From: Kiritimatiellia bacterium
GTDB lineage: Bacteria; Verrucomicrobiota; Kiritimatiellia; RZYC01
DNA: 64,000 bases
Assembly (NCBI GenBank): GCA_028708815.1
Contig: JAQVYB010000002.1
Location: 1,495-65,494, forward strand
Direction of reading: 5' to 3'
How positions within the stretch are numbered: position 1 is the stretch's first letter; every line of letters begins with the position of its first letter. The translations under genes were made by a program, and so were the position numbers. Of the stretch, positions 44,237 to 51,920 are shown in pieces. Under the pieces are notes generated by a model, which searched no databases, had not been told where the DNA came from, and saw nothing but the letters and a program-made list of their open reading frames with translations.

Positions 44237-46417
44237 TCAGCTTGTGGGAATCGGTGCAAACAGGATTTTTTCGTAGGCAGCGAGAAATCGTTCGGCCATG
44301 TGGGTATGCGTAAACTCGCTCAACACGCGTTCGCGTCCGGCGCGGCCCATATGCCCGCGTTCGGCGTCGTCGGTCATGAGTCGGTTCAGGGCGTTTAGCA
44401 GGGCGGGTGCATCGCCGGGGGGCGTGAGGAGTCCGTCGATGCCGTCGCGCACCACTTCCGGCACGCCGCCGGTGACGCAGCCGACCACGGCCTTGCCGTA
44501 CTGCATGGCTTCGAGATAAATCAATCCGAACGATTCAAAAAGGGATGGCGCGACAAAAAGATCGCACTGTTGGTAGGCCCGGTGCATTTCCTCTTCCGTG
44601 CATACCCCTTTGAATGTCACGCGCGCAGCCAGATGGGGAGGACAGGTTTTCTGAAAACGGTCTTTAAAGGGCTGGCCATCGGTGTCGGGGATGGTGTCGT
44701 TGCCAATGAGTATGCACTGCCAGTCCGGATGCTTTTCGAGGAGGTCCGGGAGAATTTCCAGCAGCACATGAATGCCTTTGCGACGTTCGCAGCGGCCGAC
44801 GAACAGCAGCGTTTTGAACGGGCCGGATTTTATGGGCTCCGTCATTTGGCGGGGGACAATGCCCAGCGGAACGATGGCCACTTCCGCGAGGCGTTCTTCC
44901 GGGATGTTCATGAGGGTTCGATAGCTCTCCAGCACGCCGCGCGTAGGGGCGCACAGTTGGGCCGCGTGAAGAACCTGCCAATGGTCGGTGGCAATGCATG
45001 CGCGTTTTTCATCGTCGTAGTTCCATTGCATTTCCACCACATCGGCGGCCAGCGAGGTGACGAGGGTGAGAGATACGGGAGTTTTTCCGGCCTGGATAAC
45101 GGCCAGCGCTTCCGCGTTCCAGTTGGTGGCGTGGATGATGTCGAAAGAGATTCCAGCGAGGGCGAGGCGGTCCAGTCGATGCTGAATCGCGAGGCCGTAG
45201 CAGAGGTTGTGATTCAATTCGGGATGACTGCTCATCGGATTCCAGCGTCCGATTTCCTCTTCGGAAATACCATGAATGAAAAAGTCCAGTGACTCATGAT
45301 GGAGCGGACGTGTATCCCGGCAGAGAATGTGCACCTCATGGCCCAGATGATGCAGGCCTTTCGCCAGATCAAAGGTATAGCGTCCGATGCCGCCGCAACC
45401 GGGGTGCGATGGAATGTCGGTGGTCAGCAGGGCGATACACCGTTTTGCGGCGGGGTTCGGATTCGCAGCCATTTTAAAGGACATTGGAGCCGGGTCGAAT
45501 GTGGTGGTTCGTCGTCGGGTGAAGAGCCCGAGATAGAGCCCTGCGAGCAATCCTTGCATCCAGTGCCGGCGCAGGGCCAAACGCTCCGCGAAGCTCAGCA
45601 ATCCTCGTTTCGTATAATCGCGTATGATGCGGCAGTAATATTTATTCGGGGCGAAGCGCAGGGTGTTGAATAGGCGAAGAGGAAGGAGGTCGTCGCTGTT
45701 TTTCAGTGAAAAACAGGTATCGCTTCGCGTGATGGTCGCCCACTTGTCCGGCGGAAGGCCCATCTTGAATTGGGTGCGTGTGGGATAATGCCGCACGGGA
45801 TTCTCCATCAGAAACCGGTACGTGAAACCGGCCTGATGCAATCGGAAGAAAACGTCCGTCTCATCCAGCCAGAAGCGGAAGCGTTCGTCGTAACCGCCGA
45901 TGGCGGCGAGGGCGCTTCGTCGGAACGCGCAGTTGCAGCCCTGTCCGCGTTCGATCCAGGGCCTGCCATCGGGGGATGGCGCGTTGGCATCCAGCGAGTC
46001 GAAGCGCTGGAAAGCGTAGGCGGTGGTGGCGCCGCCGGTATATTCATAGTCGTTGGAATCGTAGGCCAGCACCGATCCGGCGGCGCCTCCGAGTTGCGGG
46101 TCCGACTCAAACGCATCCACATATCGCTTTAACCAGAGCCCGCTGCCGGGAACCGCATCATCATCAATAAAGACCAGGACATCGCCCGATGCGGCCGCAA
46201 TCCCGATATTGCGGGAGACGGAAAGATTCATGACGGGGCAGTGCGCTACTTTGATTTGGGCAGCATACTGATCCAATACGCTCAATGAGTCATCGGTGGA
46301 TGGTCCGTTAACCACCACGATTTCCATTTCCACATCCACCAGATGCAAGAGTCCCGGCAGGAGCCGTTTCAGATGCTCCGCGCGGTTGCAGGTGTTAATG
46401 ATGATCGAACTTTTCAT
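44237..46417 (-). CDS. bifunctional GT2 (N-terminal) / GT1 (C-terminal) glycosyltransferase
   Basis: GT2: SSIIINTCNRAEHL...IVVVNGPSTDDS...FIDDDAVP. GT1: LLFVGRCERRKGIHVLL...FVAPSLFESFGLIYLEAMQYGKAVVG. ATG 46417 is preferred over 46429, which lies inside the palindrome. Confidence 0.85.
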   Translation of the reverse strand: MKSSIIINTCNRAEHLKRLLPGLLHLVDVEMEIVVVNGPSTDDSLSVLDQYAAQIKVAHCPVMNLSVSRNIGIAAASGDVLVFIDDDAVPGSGLWLKRYVDAFESDPQLGGAAGSVLAYDSNDYEYTGGATTAYAFQRFDSLDANAPSPDGRPWIERGQGCNCAFRRSALAAIGGYDERFRFWLDETDVFFRLHQAGFTYRFLMENPVRHYPTRTQFKMGLPPDKWATITRSDTCFSLKNSDDLLPLRLFNTLRFAPNKYYCRIIRDYTKRGLLSFAERLALRRHWMQGLLAGLYLGLFTRRRTTTFDPAPMSFKMAANPNPAAKRCIALLTTDIPSHPGCGGIGRYTFDLAKGLHHLGHEVHILCRDTRPLHHESLDFFIHGISEEEIGRWNPMSSHPELNHNLCYGLAIQHRLDRLALAGISFDIIHATNWNAEALAVIQAGKTPVSLTLVTSLAADVVEMQWNYDDEKRACIATDHWQVLHAAQLCAPTRGVLESYRTLMNIPEERLAEVAIVPLGIVPRQMTEPIKSGPFKTLLFVGRCERRKGIHVLLEILPDLLEKHPDWQCILIGNDTIPDTDGQPFKDRFQKTCPPHLAARVTFKGVCTEEEMHRAYQQCDLFVAPSLFESFGLIYLEAMQYGKAVVGCVTGGVPEVVRDGIDGLLTPPGDAPALLNALNRLMTDDAERGHMGRAGRERVLSEFTHTHMAERFLAAYEKILFAPIPTS

Positions 46418-46449
46418 TTTTCCAATCATTGGAAGGGTCCTCAGGACCC
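46369..46449. repeat. 81-bp segment (GT gene 5' end + two palindromes), copy A
   Basis: 75/81 identical to 47181-47261 by manual alignment. Confidence 0.85.
46420..46449. promoter_or_regulatory. adjacent palindromes TTCCAATCATTGGAA + GGGTCCTCAGGACCC at the GT2-GT1 gene start
   Basis: Both are perfect 7+1+7 inverted repeats: 46420-46434 and 46435-46449. Confidence 0.6.
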
Positions 46450-46450
46450 C

Positions 46451-47179
46451 TTACTGGCCCGTACAACGGTTTGCATAACAAAACTTCATCACCTTCGCAA
46501 TTTCTTCCAGCGAATAGCCTTCCCAGGCGAATCCCGCCAGGTGGATTAAAAAATCTCTGGAGGGAAACCGGCAAAGATTATACGGATCTGCGGGGTCCAG
46601 GTAACTGTTGAATAGGTTGTGTTCCATGATGACCCGGGTATGTTTTCGTACGTTCTTATCCGATTCATACAGGTGAATAAACGCTTTGTTTTCCCACCAG
46701 GGGTGATCAATGAATTCCGTCTGGGCATACAGGCGATCCATGAACTCGAACGACCATGAGCAGCGTTTTACGAAGAAATTTCCCATATTCAGATTATTTT
46801 TAGCATCCCGCGTAAGCATAAATGATTTATGGCCCATGTGTTCTCTGATCAAATCGTGCAGCTTGATGGCGCCGTTGATGATGACCACGTCCGCATCACT
46901 GAAAAACACATAATCGTAGTTCGGCAGGTACTTCTTGATTAACTGGATTTTGGACCAGGATGGCGGGCGTCCAGTGTCGAGGATCTCTTCCCCGCCGATG
47001 AATAAATCATACCCATGATGGCGGCAATATTCCTCCTTGCTGCGAAGGCCGGGCGCCATGGCATCCCGATAGAAATTACCTGTGCATAGCGTTAGCATGG
47101 CGATGCGGGGAGGATGTCGGAAGGGTGCGCATCCGGAAAACGTATTTTTCAGATATTGGATTACAGTCCGAAAGGACAT
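46451..47179 (-). CDS. GT34/GMA12-like nucleotide-sugar transferase (putative)
   Basis: IAMLTLCTGNFY...YCRHHGYDL...SWSKIQLIKKYLPNYDYVFFSDADVVI resembles the galactosyl/mannosyl transferase (DUF273/GT34) pattern. AT-richer codon usage than its neighbours. Confidence 0.5.
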   Translation of the reverse strand: MSFRTVIQYLKNTFSGCAPFRHPPRIAMLTLCTGNFYRDAMAPGLRSKEEYCRHHGYDLFIGGEEILDTGRPPSWSKIQLIKKYLPNYDYVFFSDADVVIINGAIKLHDLIREHMGHKSFMLTRDAKNNLNMGNFFVKRCSWSFEFMDRLYAQTEFIDHPWWENKAFIHLYESDKNVRKHTRVIMEHNLFNSYLDPADPYNLCRFPSRDFLIHLAGFAWEGYSLEEIAKVMKFCYANRCTGQ

Positions 47180-47180
47180 A

Positions 47181-47261
47181 TCAGATGCTCCGCACGGTTG
47201 CCGGTGTTAATGATGACCGAACGTTTCATTTTTCCAATCATTGGAAGGTTTCTCAGGACCC
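47181..47261. repeat. 81-bp segment, copy B (pseudo 5' end of a GT gene plus palindromes)
   Basis: Encodes MKRSVIINTGNRAEHL, against MKSSIIINTCNRAEHL in copy A. It then runs out of frame into the GT34-like gene. Confidence 0.85.
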
Positions 47262-47288
47262 CCTTTCCATTTTTTCCAATCATTGGAA
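47232..47288. promoter_or_regulatory. two further copies of TTCCAATCATTGGAA (47232-47246, 47274-47288)
   Basis: Exact matches. The second contains the TGA stop of the methyltransferase gene. Confidence 0.6.
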
Positions 47289-48050
47289 ACTTCTGCCTGT
47301 TACAATAGTGTTCCACGTTATCGGTTGAAGCATGCGCGGGGCGTGTTTTTCCAGGATACGATCCATGCCGCAACAAAGGGCGCTGAGTGGATTCATGAGC
47401 CAATGCGGTTTTAGTATGATTTCTGCAAATGGCGTTGAAAACAGGCCCTGTGGATATGCGGCTATGTCGGAAAATTCCGCCTTCTGGAAATAATCATGCA
47501 GCTGGATGGCACTTAATTCCTGCTGTTCACACGAGTAGGAGGAGTCGACTTTCGTTCTCAATTTTCGAAGATGGCTGAAAAGGGGATTGGCGGGCTGTGG
47601 TTCGTTGACCACAAGAGATCCCCCCGGCTTGAGCAGCTGTTTGGCTGTTTTCAGAGCGCGAGGAATGTCGTTCATGTGGTGCAGGACGCCGATCATCAGG
47701 ATGAGGTCATAGCGGGTTTCCGTGTTGAACTCATAGAAATTAACGGATTGGAAAAGGGCATTCGGTGTCGCATTCAACTGCTTGGCATGCTCAATCAGAT
47801 CAGCGGAATAATCGATGCCGGTATACGTTCTGCATGAATTCTGAAGATAACGTGCGGAAAACCCTGCGCCGCAGCCGACTTCCAGAATATCTGTGTCCGC
47901 ATTTGTTCGCGCGTACCGAATTGACTGCATCAATCGCAATGCACGGGCTCTTCTGGATGGGCCCCACTGATCCTTTCGAATATAGCTGTTGGCGATGCGA
48001 TCAAACAATTCCATATCCCTTTTTGATCGAGTTGTCTGATCATCATCCAT
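47280..48050 (-). CDS. class I SAM-dependent methyltransferase
   Basis: ILEVGCGAGFSARYL (motif I)...DLILMIGVLHHMND...LKPGGSLVV. Confidence 0.85.
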   Translation of the reverse strand: MDDDQTTRSKRDMELFDRIANSYIRKDQWGPSRRARALRLMQSIRYARTNADTDILEVGCGAGFSARYLQNSCRTYTGIDYSADLIEHAKQLNATPNALFQSVNFYEFNTETRYDLILMIGVLHHMNDIPRALKTAKQLLKPGGSLVVNEPQPANPLFSHLRKLRTKVDSSYSCEQQELSAIQLHDYFQKAEFSDIAAYPQGLFSTPFAEIILKPHWLMNPLSALCCGMDRILEKHAPRMLQPITWNTIVTGRSFQ

Positions 48051-48480
48051 GAGCCCCCCTCCCGTGCGGTTTGAATACGAAAAAACGGTAAGTCAGAAAC
48101 TTGACTGCATAAAAAGAACAGAGCGAGATGAACACCGCCAGCAGATACCAGAGACCGAGGTACGTGTAGAGCAGGGTAAAGGTCAGATATTCTCCGATGC
48201 GAAAGCACAGCGATGTAGCCAGAAAACGGGTAAGCTGTTTTCCTATGGTCATTTGGGCAGAAGAAAATACCCAGAAACGGGCCAAAAGAAAATTCATCAC
48301 ATAAGCGATGGCCAGTACCAGGGCAAAAGAAAACCGGGGATCCAGATGGAGAAATTCGTGCAGAAAAAAGGTTCCTCCGAAATTCAGGCACATGGATAGG
48401 AGTGTCAGGACCATGAATCGTGCGGCCGCTCCGCTATGCTGCCGAACGAACAGAATAATGCGTTGTTGAAAGGGTGTCAT
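48043..48480 (-). CDS. GtrA-family membrane protein
   Basis: 145 aa with four TM segments. The RFMVLTLLSMCLNFGGTFFL...FLLARFWVF pattern is typical of GtrA. Overlaps the downstream gene by 8 nt. Confidence 0.8.
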   Translation of the reverse strand: MTPFQQRIILFVRQHSGAAARFMVLTLLSMCLNFGGTFFLHEFLHLDPRFSFALVLAIAYVMNFLLARFWVFSSAQMTIGKQLTRFLATSLCFRIGEYLTFTLLYTYLGLWYLLAVFISLCSFYAVKFLTYRFFVFKPHGRGAHG

Positions 48481-48522
48481 GGTTGTGTGGCGCTTAAAAA
48501 GTTGCGTTGCCGAAGAATGGGG

Positions 48523-49389
48523 TTATCTCAACCGTTTATCAATCATATCCGCCAGCAGGGAAAACATGGTGATCATGGCGGTGAACATAAAGAGAAAGAC
48601 GGTCTTATCGGTCAGATTATTGAGGATCAAGACATCGTAAGCCAAGCATAGGAGAAAGACGAGGAAGGTGGTCGAGGCGATGGGCATAAAAACTCGCATA
48701 GGGGAAAAATAGACGCCAATGCGGAAGATCAGTTTAAAAAAATTCAAGGTGTCGCGTATGGGACGGATTTTTGAATGGCCGACCCGGGTAGCGTAGTTAA
48801 TCGGCACGTAGCGGACATCGTAGTGATTGGTCAGCATGGCCAAGGTGATGGTGGTGGTAAAGCTGAAGCCGTCCGGAAACAGGTGAAAGAATTTCTCCGC
48901 GATTTCGCGGCGAAAAACGCGCATGCCGGAGTTGATGTCCGGGATTTTCCGTCCGGCAATCCAGGAGGCGTAAGCGGTGATAAAGAGTTTCGGGATTTTC
49001 TTTATCAGCGGGTATGTCACATCGTCGCCAGTGCGTGCGCCCACCACCATATCCACATCGTGAGCCTGCCCGATCAATGTTTCCAACTGATCGATGGGAT
49101 AGGTTCCGTCGGCATCGACAATGGCAATCCATTCGGAGTGACTGCGGCGAATACCCGTTTTCAGAGCGGACCCGTATCCACCGTTTCGCTCGTGGTGAAC
49201 GACCCGCATGTTCTTGTGGCCGGCGGTCATTTTCTCCAGGAGGTCTCCGGTTTGGTCGCTGGAACCATCGTTGATAAAGACAAACTCCAGGTCGTCTGGT
49301 TTTGACAGGCGGGTTCTGAACAGGTTGATCGTTTTTTCGATGGATTCCTGTTCGTTGTAGCAGGGAACGATTACAGTGCAAGCGGGCAT
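48523..49389 (-). CDS. GT2 polyprenyl-phosphate glycosyltransferase (DPM1/GtrB/ArnC-like)
   Basis: TVIVPCYNEQESI...FINDGSSDQT...HERNGGYGSALKTG...IVDADGTYP plus two C-terminal TM helices. Start uncertain: ATG 49389, ATG 49422 or TTG 49446. Confidence 0.8.
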   Translation of the reverse strand: MPACTVIVPCYNEQESIEKTINLFRTRLSKPDDLEFVFINDGSSDQTGDLLEKMTAGHKNMRVVHHERNGGYGSALKTGIRRSHSEWIAIVDADGTYPIDQLETLIGQAHDVDMVVGARTGDDVTYPLIKKIPKLFITAYASWIAGRKIPDINSGMRVFRREIAEKFFHLFPDGFSFTTTITLAMLTNHYDVRYVPINYATRVGHSKIRPIRDTLNFFKLIFRIGVYFSPMRVFMPIASTTFLVFLLCLAYDVLILNNLTDKTVFLFMFTAMITMFSLLADMIDKRLR

Positions 49390-49512
49390 GGTCAGAAAGG
49401 ATCCTTTTTCATTTGTTTTCATGTGGTGGAATACGTTACGAAACAAGAAACTATCACACTTTTATAAAATGGGAAGTCGTCATCGCGATTAACTGCTAAT
49501 TCAAGGAATGGA

Positions 49513-51705
49513 ATGGAAAAAAGGAGCAATGTATTCAACCGGCCCGTCGAGAAACAAAAGTGTGATGGGTTCCTCTTCTTTACTTTGTATAGCCTGGCCT
49601 CCGTGGCGGTTTGTATCTTCCAATATTGCATCCCGTCATCGCTATTTGGGGGGAATGGCCTCATTCCAGTGGTTATAAGCCTCTGGATTCTATCGTTTTT
49701 CATCGCCAGACGATATGATCCAAGGGAAATGCGTCTGATTTTTCGCATGCTTCCGGGTGGTTGGGCCGGGCTGTGCCTGATTTCGGGATTCTATTTCTTT
49801 TATACAATACCCATTCCTCCTCTACCCGTGGTTTCGAGTGTAAAAGTCGAAACCACGAACCGCCAAAACGACCAGTCAGAAAGTAATGAGGCGTGGATCA
49901 CCGGAATATTCCTCCCATCCGGGGCGCGGGTCGTACCCCCTGAATCATTCACAGCCGTTAACGGACGATGGCTATGGACCAACGAGGCTGTCTGTTCCCC
50001 CTGCCAACAGGAAGCTATCCTGGAGTGGAATGGGTATGCTCCGAAAGAGGCCGCATTGCAGATCATAAAGAGTCCCTGGTCGGGGATTGTCAACGTGACG
50101 CTTGACGGACGAACAGAGACGATGGATCTTTATGCGGAACGTAACTGTATGGTGGATATTCCGCTCACCAGTGGGGAAACACCATTCACGCTACTGAGTG
50201 TTGTCTATCTGATTGCTCATGCTGTGATGCTAGGTGGTGCGTTGTTTTACTTCACCGCATGGTTGATTCTCCGCCCTTCCGTTTTGATGGAGAAACGAGA
50301 GACGTCTGCATGGTGGGTGATTGCTTTTTCAGCGCCCGCTCTTTGCTGCTGGACCTGGTTGCTGGTACAGTTTTGGCCGGGCCTCATGACCAACGACTCC
50401 TTTGATCAGTGGGGCCAGATGCTGTCGGGAAAGTATGTGGACCACCATCCCGTCGTTCATACGTTGTCGAATTGGCTATGCACCCGCATATGGCTGAGTC
50501 CGGCCAGTGTGGCCGTTGCACAGATTGTCGGACTGTCCTTGGCGGCAGGAATTTTCCTTTACCGACAAGTCTGCTGGGGGCTTCCCCGCACAGCGGCCGT
50601 AATCATAGGAATCCTTTTCGCCCTGTTTCCCGTTAACGGGTTTATGGCCATCACGCTCTGGAAAGATGTGGCTTACACCATCTGTATGCTTCTTTTCGCC
50701 GTTTGTATGTTCGAAATCGCCGCGAGCAGGGGGGCGTGGTTACGCAGGAGGTCGGCCTGGTTCTTTTTGGGGCTTGTGGCGGCGTTGTGTTCCCTGTTCC
50801 GTCACAATGGCCTTCCCGTGGTTACCGGTACCTATATTTTGCTGCTTATTCTTGCGTTTCGATACTGGAAGTCGATCACGGCCTCTTTGATTCTGTGCAT
50901 GCTGCTTGTTGCTGCCGTAAAAGGGCCCCTATATTCAGCTCTTCATGTAGACAGCAACGTGGCTATTAAACATGCAAAACTTACCAACATCTGTCTGCCT
51001 TTCGTCATGGCTCATGTCATGCAGGGAGCTGAATTGACGCCGGAACAGAAAGAGGTGCTTCGGGATATTTATCCCGGGGAATGGAGGATTCCCTATTCTG
51101 AACGGACCCTACGTCAGATCTATTTCGCGCCGGAATTTTCACGAGATAAATTATATGGAACGCGCAGCCAGGATATAAACCGGCTTGCCTTTGAGTTATT
51201 CAAAGAAGATCCATGGATTGATGTGGAGCACTTCCTCTATGGAACGGAATATATCTGGTCCATTCAGCAACAGAAAAACAACCGCTATGAGATGGTTTCT
51301 TTCTGGTTGTCGAATGGCCAGGTAAACTATTCCACGTTAAACCATGATTCTGTATGTCGATTTCCTGTTGAGCCCCTGAGAATCAAAAAGGAGATGCCTA
51401 TTGTACGCCGACTGCTGGAATTCACGGCACGGAACAGTTGGTTTGCCTGTCGAACAGCGATTTATCTTTATCTGATTCTGTTTCTGTCGTTATGCGCAGC
51501 CTTGCGCAGCCGTAGCGTGTTGTGGTTGTTTCTGGCGGTACCGGTGGTGTTGCATACCGGGCTTCTGCTTTTGGCGATCTCATTCGCCAGCAATTTCCGC
51601 TATCAATATCCTGTCATGGTGATCGGATTGCTGGTTGTTCCTTTCCTGGCGTTTCTCGTGCCGAAGGCGGAAGTTCCGCCATGCGTACAGAAGCAGGATT
51701 TGTAA
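49513..51705 (+). CDS. large polytopic membrane protein, possible GT-C-type glycosyltransferase/polymerase
   Basis: 730 aa with more than 10 predicted TM segments and an extracytoplasmic insert. A WPGLMTNDSFDQW loop motif follows a TM helix. The family assignment is tentative. Confidence 0.45.
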   Translation: MEKRSNVFNRPVEKQKCDGFLFFTLYSLASVAVCIFQYCIPSSLFGGNGLIPVVISLWILSFFIARRYDPREMRLIFRMLPGGWAGLCLISGFYFFYTIPIPPLPVVSSVKVETTNRQNDQSESNEAWITGIFLPSGARVVPPESFTAVNGRWLWTNEAVCSPCQQEAILEWNGYAPKEAALQIIKSPWSGIVNVTLDGRTETMDLYAERNCMVDIPLTSGETPFTLLSVVYLIAHAVMLGGALFYFTAWLILRPSVLMEKRETSAWWVIAFSAPALCCWTWLLVQFWPGLMTNDSFDQWGQMLSGKYVDHHPVVHTLSNWLCTRIWLSPASVAVAQIVGLSLAAGIFLYRQVCWGLPRTAAVIIGILFALFPVNGFMAITLWKDVAYTICMLLFAVCMFEIAASRGAWLRRRSAWFFLGLVAALCSLFRHNGLPVVTGTYILLLILAFRYWKSITASLILCMLLVAAVKGPLYSALHVDSNVAIKHAKLTNICLPFVMAHVMQGAELTPEQKEVLRDIYPGEWRIPYSERTLRQIYFAPEFSRDKLYGTRSQDINRLAFELFKEDPWIDVEHFLYGTEYIWSIQQQKNNRYEMVSFWLSNGQVNYSTLNHDSVCRFPVEPLRIKKEMPIVRRLLEFTARNSWFACRTAIYLYLILFLSLCAALRSRSVLWLFLAVPVVLHTGLLLLAISFASNFRYQYPVMVIGLLVVPFLAFLVPKAEVPPCVQKQDL

Positions 51706-51920
51706 AACACAACACAGCGCAAAAGGATGTTGTTTGTCATCCTATCAAGCAGATGAAGGACGAACGATCAACGATTCGGCGAAAAAGGGCCTGTCGGCAC
51801 AAACGGGAACTGGTTTTGGATCAGCCTGCGTTCAGCGTGGGATTTCGAGTGCAATCACTGACGCCGCTTTTGTTGATTGTGATGGCCGGGGTGGAAATGG
51901 TCGATGCGTCCGTCAACGTT

